Origin: Eledone cirrhosa | Lineage: Eukaryota | Length of the DNA stretch: 64,000 bases | Reading direction: 5' to 3' | Assembly (NCBI GenBank): GCA_964016885.1 | Contig: OZ024745.1 | Span: forward strand, 45,384,001 to 45,448,000 | Part shown: piece after piece, positions 29,264 to 42,605 of the stretch | How the letters are laid out: each line of letters begins with the position of its first letter | How positions within the stretch are numbered: the stretch's first letter is position 1 | Translations under genes and position numbers: made by a program | The notes under the pieces: generated by a model | What the model was told of the DNA's origin: nothing | Databases searched by the model: none | Seen by the model: only the letters and a program-made list of their open reading frames with translations

Positions 29264-29445
29264 GGTGGATTGGCAGTATCGGTAGAGGGTCAGACACCAT
29301 GCTTTCCAGCATAGTTACGTCCCTTTACGATCTGAGTTCAAATCCTGCCGAGGTTGACTTTGCCTTTCATCCTTACGGGGTCGATAAAAATAAAGTACCA
29401 GTAATGAACTGGGTAATTGCTGGCCTTGTGCCTAAAGTAGAAACA
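29264..29445 (+). mobile_element. tRNA-derived SINE (family A) with 13-bp TSD
   Basis: ggtggattggcagtatcggtag...gagttcaaatcc B-box; attatgagagatc duplicated at 29251-29263 and 29446-29458. Confidence 0.88.
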
Positions 29446-30011
29446 ATTATGAGAGATCTCTTCAAATAATTTCCAGATGAATCGCTTGTATTTAGTTATA
29501 TTGCCAAGATTGACAACAGTGTGCTAAAACTGTCAGAAGTAATAAACTTAGGGTTATTGCTGTGTAATTGAGTTAACCATGATACGAGCCATTACCGATT
29601 GGAAGATATCATATGTTATCTGATGTATAATGAAGCAAATGTAAAAAAATCTAAATTCTAAGATCAAAATAGTAAAAAGTGTTGATTATCTATCTATCCT
29701 ATAGTTTACAATTATAGTTGGTGGTTTTTTTATTCCATGTAGGGCTTGACCTCTTCTTTTGCTTATAATTGCTCTTTCCTAGCGTGAGATTTTAAATGAT
29801 TTTTAGCTCGGAAATGCACTTGAAGAGCTGATTGCAAATACTGAAGCAATCTCTCATTTCAGCATTGGCTCCAATTTCTTTTTTTTTATTCTGAATGTTC
29901 AATTGCGGCTGCAATCCTCCACGTGACTTACAGGTTTTTTCACAAACATGGCATTGAAACTGGTCGTCCGGAATGAAATTTCAATAATTCATATGTGCTT
30001 TACCGGCATGG

Positions 30012-30102
<91 letters not shown>

Positions 30103-30191
30103 TATACATATATATACATATATATACATATATATATATACATATATATACATATATACATATATATATATACATATATATACATATATAC

Positions 30192-30255
<64 letters not shown>

Positions 30256-30319
30256 GTATATATATATATATATATATATACATACATATATATATATATA
30301 CATATATATATATACACAC

Positions 30320-30350
<31 letters not shown>

Positions 30351-30373
30351 CATTTATACATATATATATATAC

Positions 30374-30467
<94 letters not shown>

Positions 30468-30916
30468 GTCTTTTAGAATTTTCATGATTCTGAGTCCTGA
30501 GCTTCAGTATAGGTTGATGAATCTTCTGCTGCTTCTGAGTTTACTAAGATTAGAACTAATATAACCAATTTCAAATGATTAATTAGAAACATCTTTAGTT
30601 TTGGTGCCACTGTACCTTACTCTTCTAATAATCAGTTTTTTTTGTTTCTCTCAAACTGAAATGCTATAATTTTCCTTTGGGATGAATTGGAAGTTATTCC
30701 CCATTTATATATGTCCGGTCTCCTGTTATTTTAATCAAACTGATATTTAACTCAGTCTCTGCACCAATCACAGGATCCAACGTCAGCGACGGATGAGTAG
30801 TGTAACGCAGAGTGATTTTCCTATTATTATATCATGGTTAACTAAACGAAATGAGGATTTCTCTCCAATGGTTAACCACTAAACATGAATGTATATACAG
30901 TATATGTATATATATA

Positions 30917-31391
<475 letters not shown>

Positions 31392-31561
31392 TTACACTGG
31401 AAGTGTAATATCCGTAGTGGTAGAGCACTCAGTCCATGGGACGAGTTAGGTAGCAGCGGTTACACAACAGTTAGTTCACCATACCGACAACAGTTGTTTC
31501 ACCTTAGCGGATCCTCAGCTCGTAATGGACATGGTTATAGGAACAGAAAGGACCCTTTATC
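31392..31561 (-). mobile_element. Family F2 monomer carrying the hammerhead motif (31482-31524, - strand)
   Basis: Reverse complement matches 24480-24612: cgagCTGAGGAtccgctaaggtGAAACaactGTTgtcggta. Flanked by (TA)n. Confidence 0.8.
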
Positions 31562-31613
31562 ATTATATATATATATATATATATATATAATGATAAAGAG
31601 AGAGAGAGAAAGA

Positions 31614-31696
<83 letters not shown>

Positions 31697-32842
31697 CTCC
31701 ATTGACGTTGCATTGACATTGTATGGAAGTGATATTTAATTTTGTGATTATACAGTGCTGACATAAATGTTTTACCAAAGTGTATACGAGTATATTTGGT
31801 ATGAATTCATAATCGAAGAACATTAATTTAAACTGGAGTTTGCCAACGTCAGTGATATCGCCCACAGGTGGGCGACTTCAACTGTTAGGTAGGCGATGAG
31901 AAACTGAACAGAAAATGGTGGGTGATTGGAAATTTTAGTGGACGATATAGGATTGTGAGTATTAAGATGGTATTTCAACATATGCTACCCGAAAACAATA
32001 TGCAAAGAGCCTATAATAATAATGGTTTCTTATATAGACACAAGGTCAGCAAATTTGGGGGGGAGGGTAAAGTCGATTAAATCGACCCCAGTGCGTGACT
32101 GAATAATAATGGGAATAACGAACCAGTGTTGGTGGGTGGTGGAATATTTTTGATTTTTGTTTGTGAAAGTGGGCGATGACGCCAAAAAGTTTATAAACAC
32201 CTGATTTAAGCCAAACTGAAATCCTCTAATAGATCGCTGGATTTACTAGAAATAGAATCCAAATCATTTTAAAATCTCACTCCACCGTTTTAGAAGCTGA
32301 TATTAAGCCCCTTCTATCAGCATAGTGTCTCGACTCGAATATTTCTGATCTTATCTCTGGTTGATCAAGGCTGTCTAGGGGCAAAACACTAAATATCAAC
32401 AACAAAATCTATAATGATCAATGAAGTAAATATATATATATGTTAAGATTGAGATGAGAATGTCTTCTGATAAAACTTCTAGAAACGATAGAATGGGATT
32501 GTAGCACGCGAGAAACTCCATTCATTAAAAACAAAATACACGATCAAATTTTCTCACGGTCGTCATCCACGGCAGTTATAGACCACCTAGTGATGATGAC
32601 TTGTTTAACCTCCTTAGTTTAACCTCAATCTATATCATAGCTGGATCTATATTCATGGGGTAAGAACGTCATCGAAAGAGAGTGATAGTTATATAGAGCT
32701 GGTATCTCTAGAAATTCAATCATACGTGTCCCATAACAACAAAACATGGTACTCTTTGTAGTTACTACGCATCTATAATAATGAACACATCAGACAAACT
32801 ATATTGAAACGAGTTGGTGATGTCATTTTTGTTTTCACACCC

Positions 32843-32880
<38 letters not shown>

Positions 32881-32949
32881 TAATTTAATATATCAACTAA
32901 CATAAGCGCACAGATGCACGCCCATGCTAGCAAATACACAGGTTATGTC

Positions 32950-33333
32950 ATAGTACCTAGGTGGTTCAATGCAGGAGAATGCAGAACAATAATATAAAAG
33001 ACGTAAAATAAGAAAATATTTTTTTTTAAAATTTAAAAAAAATTTTTTTTTTTACTTACTTACTTAAATTTTCACTCCAACTAATTAGTTTCTGCAATGG
33101 GATAAAGACAGTTACGTAATCCAACTGTCGAGAATTCATTGCGTCATCAGGGAGTCTATTCTCAGTTAAGTCTCCAGGCAATGCGCGGACACTGGCGGCT
33201 CATATAAAAATAATAATAATTCGGTAGATCGAACAGATCCCATTGCAGAAACTAATTAGTTGGAGTGAAAATTTAAGTAAGTAAGTAAAAAATTTTTTAA
33301 ACATTTTTTTAAAAAATATTTTCTTATTTTACG

Positions 33334-33342
<9 letters not shown>
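32950..33342 (-). mobile_element. Fold-back element F4 (about 110-bp arms, spacer with degenerate hammerhead-like core)
   Basis: 32993-33103 versus 33237-33342 are inverted. The - strand spacer reads tccCTGATGAcgcaatGAATtctcgacagttgga. Confidence 0.7.
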
Positions 33343-33421
<79 letters not shown>

Positions 33422-33511
33422 GTATATGTATATATATATATGTTTATATATATATATATATACACACATAATCACACACCACACACACACACAGACAGAC
33501 ACACAGACAGA

Positions 33512-33559
<48 letters not shown>

Positions 33560-33932
33560 AATGTATCTTATTAATGAAAATAATAAAAAAATCGTAAACA
33601 AATCTATTTCCAATAACAACAACAGTACAGATATTTAAAAAGAGAAAATTAAGGGAAGGGCAAGGACTGCAGAATCACAAACGAATGGGTGGGGAAAGAG
33701 GGAGGGTGATGGAATCTAGGCCTAGGGCGCGGTGAAGTTATATATATATATTCACAAATAAGATTGTATATGCATCGTCAAGTCCGTAAACAAATCTGTA
33801 CCAAACCCTGCGAAACAAAGCAAAAGCAAAAATTTCTCTATAATCGACCATACTCCCAACACCTATCACATTAGCCATAAATCTTATTCAAACACTACCT
33901 TCAAAGCCATGCCTCAGTCCTTACAGCAAAAC

Positions 33933-33991
<59 letters not shown>

Positions 33992-33994
<3 letters not shown>

Positions 33995-36900
33995 ATAATA
34001 ATAAATTTGAAGACTAAAATCCAAAGAGGGCTCGATAAGGATAAATATATATCAAATATATAAGAACCGTAGAGCAAATATTTATTAAAATAACAGATTA
34101 AAGTTTAAGCAAAGAATCGCTGCTTTCACCCTTAACGGGATCTTCTGAAACTAACAAAGTCAATCTGTAAACGCAGAAGTGGATATTTCAAAACACGTTG
34201 CAACCAGAGGAAGACAGGAAGACGATACTTTGGTTCGTGGAAACGTTCCCTGGCAAAGAACGGGAAAAAAACGAATATAACACGTCATTAATAGGAGCGA
34301 TGAAAAACAATTACGCGCAAAGACAGAACCACGTAAATGGTATAAAAGAAGTCGTAGACTAAAATTCTAACTAGGAAACCGAATGAATCTCCGCTTCAGA
34401 GTTAAGAATAAAGTAAATAAATACAATACAGAGGTAATAGAAATTAAATAAATACATACACGCATACAAATACGTACATACACAAGCATACGCGAAAACA
34501 CTTACCATAGGTATACAAAACCACGCACATATAAATATGTGTGTGTGCGTGTATACAAATAAATAAATAATTAAATAAACGTATATAAATAAATAAATAC
34601 GTATATAACAAGCGCACACACATACCTACATGTAAATACACAAATGTTCGGAGACGTAAGTCAACCAAAACATGAAGTACACATATACACACACCCTACA
34701 TTTGTACGAACCTGCATACTCACGCAGACGCAAAACTCCCGTATACACATAACCAAACCATATGTACCAGAATATATAAAATTATACACCATAACATATA
34801 CAATCAAATATACGTACGAGAATGTATACGTACCTTCACAAAACATACAGGTAATATATACTTACCTATGCAAATAAGTAATGGTATAAACAAAACATAT
34901 ACTTAGCTACCACATCAAGACGTAAAATATCCACGTATAGATCGTAGTATCCGTTAGGGTATAACGTGGGGCTGTAATACAGGAAAGTTTTGTGCAATTC
35001 ATGTTTACAAGCCGAAATTGCCTCAGATTTTTTGTTTAAGATGTGGTCTGTGGCGTAGAGTATTTCCAGGGCCTCAGCGGCGCAGAGGTCACATGGTCTT
35101 TTATTTCCGTTATACGATCTAGCCCTAGCTAGGATCTCCCAGTGTAACTTATATTGGGTGTGGTTGTCTTTTAGACTCCAGATATAAACTGAAAGTGACG
35201 TCATATTCCTTCTTAGAGGGTAACGAAAAGAATGGGTATGCATGTAAAGACGCTGTTTGAATCTATTGGCGGTTAACCCTATGTAGGCCCTATGGGACGT
35301 GGGTGTTTCAACCTTACATTTGTAGACAATGTTACAAGAGAGGCATTTCCCGGATAGGGGGCAATCAACCCGATTCCTATAATTACAGTTAGTACTAACT
35401 ACAGGGTTGCACGTATTCCTACGGCTAGGTAGTTTAGCTAAATTTGAAGCTGTGATGTTATGTGCAAGGTTAGAAGTCGCAGAGTAAGAAATTTTAATAG
35501 TATTTCTATTAAAAGTTTTACTATATTTATGTGTAGGGGGAAACTGCTTCGTAATAAGGGAAAGAAAGATCTTAGCTAATGGTTTGGCCACCTCCATATT
35601 ATATGGTGGGTTATACCAACAAATGCGACGGGATCTATTTCTTCTAGGTCTATTTTCGTACTCTGTATATGCTACCTTATCGACAAATCGACTCCGAGCA
35701 AGAGCTTCATTGTAATAAGTGGAATGGTCGTTGAAAATATGCTCGTTAGTAGATAGACGGGAAAACTTCAACGAAACGTTTCTTACCAGGTTCTTGGTTA
35801 TGCTGGCAGGATGGTTTGAATGCTTACTTATGTAATTAAGCGTATCATTCGGCTTTCTATACGGGTAATACAACCCATTCGATAAATTGAGGGTAACGTC
35901 GATGTAATTAACGACCGAGAGATTGGCCTCAACCTGTATAGAGAGGTTGAAGCCTTTAAAGAAGGCTGTGAGTTCTTTTCTGAACCTGTCGCAAGCACGA
36001 GGTCCGCACTTAGTCATGGTCAAAAGACCATTATCATGGTACAAACCACCGCCCGCGTTGGGGAATTCGTCCTTGATAGAGAAAAGAAGGAAAAGGCCGA
36101 TAGATCAGTAACCTCCGCAGAATCGCTGGCGCCCATACTCACGCCGAATGGGGGTACTATTGGATTTTTTAATCCAAATAGAGTCGTCGAAATTAATCAC
36201 CGACTTACGGGCATTGAGGATGACATCAACTTCGAAATCCTTAACCACTGTGAGTGTTTTAGCGAAATTGATAGCTCTAAGGAGAAGTGGTAAAGTGATG
36301 GAGGAGTAGTAATTGTTGATGTCGAATTGGATAAAACGGCAATGTTCCTTGTTACATATGCAGTTGAACCAATCAATCACCGCGAAAGAATTGTTCCACA
36401 CTGCAAGAGGGGCCAAACTTCTAATTTCAGGTATAATTCTATCAAGAATCGTTTTACTAAGTCTACCTAAATCGTACTTCGTGGGGTTAATAAGCCGAAT
36501 AGAGGGATTGTTCGGAAAATTGGATTTGTGATCCTTCAGGGTAAAGTGGGGAGAAATAGGGTCCAGAGGTTCGGTCCGGTCCAGGATGTTGAGATCAGAT
36601 GTGATTTTAAACCCAGCATCGTTGATTTCATTGATGACGCACCGATTAGTTTTACAGTAATCCTTAGTTACAGCATTATGTAGTACTTGATGGTAACTAC
36701 TGCGCTCCACTTGATATAGGTCGCCAGTTTTGTCGGAATGGACGTGCACGACATTAGAATCTTTAATAGAACGAATTCCATTCTTCAGGTCCTGCTGGAA
36801 GGAATTGCTCCTACTCCGAAATTTGATACTCCGTATGAGTTCCAAGACATTATTTTCGAAGGGTAGCAATGCTGGGTTACACGGGGGGTTATTATAGGTT

Positions 36901-37505
36901 TTAAACCTAAATTTATCCTGTTTGTTGTCTGCTTTTCGCGGGTTATCGAAATAAAAGGCACGCCAACGCAACCTTTTAATGAATCAGGAGTTTTAGGTAT
37001 GTTTTCCTGCTTGGTACGGGTATGTTCTTTGTAGAAATATTCAGATGTTGTTTCTGCATGATGAATATAAGTCAATAGAGTGCTCGTCTCTATGAACCAC
37101 CTAAGAGAACATTAGTCTACGACCTCTTTTATACCATAAACGTGGTTCTGTCTTTGCGCGTAATTGTTTTTTACCGCTCCTATTAATGACGTATTATATT
37201 CGTTTATTCCCGTTCTTTGCCAGGGAACGTTTCCACGAACCAAAGTATCGTCTTCCTGTCTTCCTCTGGTTGCAACGTTTTTTGAAATATCCACTTCTGC
37301 GTTTACAGATTGACTTTGTTAGTTTCAGAAGATCCCGTTAAGGGTGAAAGCAGCGATTCTTTGCTTAAACTTTAATCTGTTATTTTAATAAATATATATA
37401 TATATATATAGTAATAATAATAAATTTGAAGACTAAAATCCAAAGAGGGCTCGATAAGGATAAATATTATATCAAATATATAAGAACCGTAGAGCAAATA
37501 TTTAT
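33992..37505 (-). mobile_element. Penelope-like retroelement (C-terminal GIY-YIG endonuclease) with inverted pseudo-LTRs, inserted in (TA)n
   Basis: RT + GIY-YIG ORF; 3' pLTR at 33992-34865; inverted partial pLTR at 37084-37395; tail copy at 37411-37505. Confidence 0.92.
34866..37075 (-). pseudogene. Penelope-like RT-GIY-YIG polyprotein, frameshifted, catalytic YRDD changed to YHDN
   Basis: RWRAFYF, SDKTG, LKDHK, RLINP, FIQFDINNYYSSI, GLYHDNGL, YIDVTL, WYNPPY, CPLSGKCL, IVY...AYIGLT...FKQR...H, CDLC...CKH. Confidence 0.9.
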
Positions 37506-37518
37506 ATATCTGTTATTT

Positions 37519-37589
<71 letters not shown>

Positions 37590-37598
37590 ATGTGTGTG

Positions 37599-37647
<49 letters not shown>

Positions 37648-37804
37648 CTGCTGGCTTAGCTCTGATCTAGCAACGACCGGAATTCAGCCGTCGGGGTCCT
37701 GTCTCTTTTCCTATTACCCACTCTACTACCCTAAGTATCGAGTACTCTAGTGCGTTATGGTCCACCTGTTATCTTACCACACTTTCTTTGTTTTATATAT
37801 ATAT

Positions 37805-38105
37805 AGAAAAAAAGATGAAATCGAAAATGCAACTGGAGTCTTATTTTTAAAAAAATATATATATTTAGATGGAGGGTCTGTGGTTTTTATCACAGATGTG
37901 AGAAAAACCACAGACCCTCCATCTCAACTCTACTTTTGAAAAGCAGAAGAACTGCGAAACCGGTAAAGGAACCAAATAAATATATATATTTTTTTTAAAA
38001 TAAGACTCCAGTTGCATTTTCGATTTCATCTTTTTTTCTTTACACCTTCACTCGTGTAGGACACCTCGGTTATTTTTCATTTTGTAAAATAAACCTCACT
38101 TTCTA
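37805..38105 (+). mobile_element. Nested fold-back element F5 in (TA)n
   Basis: Outer inverted repeat 37805-37867 / 37977-38039, inner inverted repeat 37867-37894 / 37897-37924, and a ~65-nt tail. Confidence 0.8.
37933..37968 (+). ncRNA. Minimal hammerhead motif with U3-A8 core variant
   Basis: ctt TTGAAAA gcag-aagaa-ctgc GAAAC cg GTA aag: stem I 3 bp, stem II 4 bp, palindromic stem III ACCGGT. Confidence 0.55.
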
Positions 38106-38184
38106 ATATATATATATATATATATATAAAATAATTAATTCAAATATGTAAAATTTGGCGTCATTTATTATAAATTATAGATAT

Positions 38185-38239
38185 ACTGCTATATATATTT
38201 CGGTGACAGCCATCATTGGCTGTGACCTCTTCAGGCAGT
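38185..38239 (-). ncRNA. Canonical type-I hammerhead ribozyme
   Basis: Minus strand reads actgc CTGAAGA ggtcacagcc-aatgat-ggctgtcacc GAAA t-atat-a TA gcagt: intact core, 5-bp stem I, long stem II, AUA cleavage triplet. Confidence 0.75.
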
Positions 38240-38862
38240 CCGAATTGGTGTGGAAAAGAAAGGTACACATGTTGTTGAAGTGTGTTTTACTCCGTCTATA
38301 TATCGATATGTCCAGCTCCTGGTTGTGTTGTTATTCCTCTGAGGAACAACCAACATATACTCAAAATCTCTATATATATACCTATACATATATATACCTA
38401 TACATATACAAACAGTCACAAACACACACATATATATATATATAAATATTGAATGAGAAAATTTCGTCGTAACTAATGCCAATCTATTTCCGATAAATAG
38501 GCTTATACTCCCCGTTATTACTAATCTATTTTAGTTACGGCGAATAAACATAAGTAATTCGGATAAACGGAACTGCATTTAGAGGGGAATCTTAGCAGCT
38601 AACTAGATTGATAAATTTCTTATAGGTTAACAGTGCATTGATTCAATGCTACCCTATGTGACACAATATGCCTATAGATGTTAGCCACCACTGTATATTT
38701 AGAGAGGTGGAAACACATAATTCTTATATAATTGTTTTTTGTAGACACTAATTTCAATCATTTGTAGGCATTCATGAGTGACCCTTTTAACCACCCTCAC
38801 AGAAACTGCAAATGAGCGCACCATTAAGAGAGATCAGTTGCTAGGCTGATTATAGAAATATT

Positions 38863-39043
38863 TGTTTCTACTTTAGGCACAAGGCCAGCAATAACCCAGT
38901 TCATTACTGGTACTTTATTTTGTCGACGTCGTAAGGATGAAAGGCAAAGTCAACCTCGGCGGGATTTGAACTCAGATCGTAAAGGGACGTAACTATGCTG
39001 GAAAGCATGGCGTCCGACCCTCTACCGATACTGCCAATCTACC
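38863..39043 (-). mobile_element. tRNA-derived SINE (family A) with 18-bp TSD
   Basis: Near reverse complement of 29264-29445; gctgattatagaaatatt at 38845-38862 and 39044-39061. Confidence 0.9.
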
Positions 39044-39573
39044 GCTGATTATAGAAATATTGTTGGGTAAAATATCTATAAATATCTATAAATATTTTCT
39101 GTATTTTCTCAATTGAGACAAAACACTGTTAACGCCCCAGTGATTTAGTATTGAGTATCATCTGTTTATTTTATGGTTTCAAATTCCACTGGGTAAAACT
39201 TTACTATTAATTCAGCCTCGGTGGTTAATATATGTACTAATGTTAAACTAAGGCGATTCAGTAGACTATACACGTCTTCAGCAAATATGAAATACCTTTA
39301 TGCACTTTCATGTCACTGTTGACTTCGACCTAGGATACATCTGTGGACTCATTCATTGTGTTATTTTTTTCCACCAGACAATGCGTCTCGGTCAATCAAG
39401 GAAATAAGATCCCCCTTTTTTCATATAAACACAATGTGGCTTACGTCAACAACTGGATGTCTATATTAATCTAAATGGTTAATACTCTATATTCAATGCA
39501 CGTAAGTAAAAGCATTCAATGATGAAACGTGTGTATGTGTGTTTGAGTGTGTGTATTTGTGAGTGAAGAAGTG

Positions 39574-39646
<73 letters not shown>

Positions 39647-39765
39647 TGAACGGAATAATTGTTTATTTTTGCCATACCTTACATTTGAAATTTACATTTA
39701 TTAAAGTTATACAAACATTTCTCTCTCTGACATTTTAATTTACCGCGCCCGCGCATACCCCCCCC

Positions 39766-39801
<36 letters not shown>

Positions 39802-39805
<4 letters not shown>

Positions 39806-40034
39806 AAGAAATTGAAAATACAATTGGAGTCTTTAAGAAGATTTATTTACAATAACCTTACTGGTTTCAAAGTTTAATGATTTTCAAAGTTACGTTAGAT
39901 AGAGAGATGTATGGCTATACGGTGATGTATCTTATTTCTCCATCTCACGTAACTTTCGAAAATCATGCATTTGTGAAACCGGTAAAGACTCTAATTGCAT
40001 TTTCAACTCTTTTTCCTATATTCCTATCTACTTT

Positions 40035-40038
<4 letters not shown>
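39802..40038 (+). mobile_element. Diverged fold-back element related to F5
   Basis: Arms 39802-39835 / 39983-40016 resemble the F5 arms. The inner inverted repeat carries T(T/C)GAAAA...GAAAC..GTA on both strands. Flanked by (TA)n. Confidence 0.7.
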
Positions 40039-40098
<60 letters not shown>

Positions 40099-40347
40099 GA
40101 AATAATAATGTGCTAGTAACTATTTATGTGACTTTTTCCCTCCTTCTAAGATTTCTGTCTAGATTATAAACAGATATTACCATTTATTGATGTGTCCTTA
40201 CTATTATTGCTAAACACACTCTTTTAAGTAATCCCTAACCATGACTGGTTTGTTGTTTCGATATGTGTTCGTCATTTTCACTCTCCCTAACATCATGGAC
40301 GTTCGTGGCTAAAAAAAGAAATTCTTTTTATTGTTTTTGTTGATCTA

Positions 40348-40426
<79 letters not shown>

Positions 40427-40447
40427 TTACTACTACTGCTGCTACTG

Positions 40448-40510
<63 letters not shown>

Positions 40511-40582
40511 GATGCTCTCGTTGTACTTGTGATGATTTATTTTTTAAATATATTTGCTTAAAGATAATTCTTGTTGTTTCAG

Positions 40583-40879
40583 GTGAAATTCAGCACGTAT
40601 CGTTAAACATTACATCGAGTGATCAATATCAAAAGCCTGTGGCTTATACAATTGTACACATACGTAAAATCGATGTGAGCAGGGGAACACAGGAATGTCC
40701 GTATGAACGACCAGTTTATCACCAACATCTTTGTTTTGGTGGTGATACAGCGAAACGTAAAGAATTAGTACTAACTGTTGAGGAAAACCAAAGCCAAATT
40801 ACGCTGGCACGACTGAGGCAAGGCGTCTTTCTCAAAAAAATATGTCGTGAAGCTAGGGTTAACTATCAGATTGTGAATG
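40583..40879 (+). CDS. Ret: RET-like exon (CLD1/CLD2; equivalent to RET exon 3)
   Basis: Acceptor gtttcag|GT and donor aatg|gtaagt, phase 1 to 1, 297 nt open. ECPYERPVYHQHLCFGG...LTVEENQSQITLARLR...ICREARVNYQIVNG parallels RET LCFPE...RIRENRPPG...LCPNISVAYRLLEG. Confidence 0.85.
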
Positions 40880-41082
40880 GTAAGTAGATAACATTTACGT
40901 TTGTTAATTGATTCTTAGTTAATTGATTAATCTTGTAAAGTTCTTACTGATTACTGTAACAGTATATTTCACAGAGAAAACAATATATTTTCTTGATACG
41001 ATGAATCCATACTAGGCACTATGTATGTATGTATGTATGTATGTATGTATGTATGTATGTATGTATGTATGTATGTATGTAT

Positions 41083-41690
41083 GTCAGGTCACCACTTGGT
41101 GCTACTGGTAACATGTATCCCAGTACAACCTGTCTCATGGTCGGGTCGTTGGCGACTAAACTGGCAACCCCACCAAGGTTTCTTGGTGAGGAGGGTGACT
41201 TTGGACATCCTGCAGGACTAAAAACAAAACCTGTCAAAGAGCAAAGGAGCTCTTAAGAGTCAATGGCCACCCAAAATCACCGGGAGAGATGACCCCTTAG
41301 CCTTTGTCAAGGCAGAATTCTAGGAGAAGGAAAACTCTGATATAACACCTGCAACCCTGATGGTATCCAATAATATTGACTTGTTATTCTTTTTGGTAAA
41401 TATCATATTGGTTTAGAGAGTGGGACTGGCTTTGTGCAGTGCCTTTGCTCACTATAAAAGCTTCACGGCACAGGCATAATTTTATATCTGGAGATCTCTC
41501 TGCACTTGTCGTCACATGGTACCATGGGCCCAGCACTATGTGTCAATTATTGTCACAAGTGTAGTGTTTGTACCAGAGTTTTCAAGTCGCTGGCTGGACT
41601 AAAAAGTCACACTCGTTCAGCGCATCGGCAGGGGTTCTCCTACATGGATATAAAGTAGTGGCCGTACTCGAAAGCGAGTTGGCAGCCACC
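41083..41690 (+). mobile_element. About 610-bp non-autonomous RTE-derived retroelement in (ATGT)n
   Basis: Near-identical to the copies at 48834-52050. The 3' part encodes the C2H2 finger [22 protein letters not shown], typical of RTE ORF C-termini, then a hairpin (ctcgaaagcgag) and an (ATGT)n tail. Confidence 0.8.
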
Positions 41691-42516
41691 ATGTATGTAT
41701 GTATGTATGTATGTATGTATGTATGTATGTATGTATGTATGTATGTATGTATGTATGCATGTCTGTCTGCCTGTATGTATGTCTGTCTGCCTGTATGTAT
41801 GTGTGTATGTGTGTATGTGTGTATGTGTGTGCATGTATGTATGTGTATATATATATATATATATATACGTGATTGTTGGTTTGAGTGTACAGGATATGAT
41901 ATTTTTGCCAGCAGAACAGAAGAGTTTAAATTGCAATAGTGTGTATATTGTAGTGTTAAAGTGCTTTATAGTATTGTGATTAGTAAAACGAGGAGTTCTG
42001 GAATGGGAAATAAATTTCTTAATCGATATGCCATGTTAAACTGTTGAGTTATTGAATATTAATGGTATTCCTGATTAACAAGCAATGAAAGTCTGGTTGA
42101 ATTGATTTGTAATGTTAACGATTGTAATCGACCGGTTCGGTAACTAAGGCCGACATATGCCAAGCAAAGGTGAGTAGACCGGACTGCTTAAGTTTCTGAA
42201 AGATTCTGATATAGTAAGTTTTCTGCCAGTAATTATGATAGAGAATGAGTTGACATATGTGTATATATACCTCGTTTCTAGTTTTCTCGTTCAATTCTAA
42301 ATTCGTGTAAAGATAAACAAATACTATATAGACATTGGGTTTGTCTATTTACGTGTGTTTGAGATGGATATATATGATTTTACAAATTAAAGTAATGAGA
42401 GACTACTTAACAAATGTGTGGCTTGGAATAAAATATGTTTTCTTTTCCATTGGGAATGGTTTCCTTCAAAGAAGAGGTCATGTGCAGAAAGGCAAGTGAC
42501 TTTGAAATATAAAACA

Positions 42517-42605
<89 letters not shown>

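Noticed and set aside
29948-30564. Cluster of YIYI/HTHT ORFs (also near 1600, 7050, 17300, 24050, 31200, 33300 and 55500)
   Set aside because: Dinucleotide repeats without stop codons.
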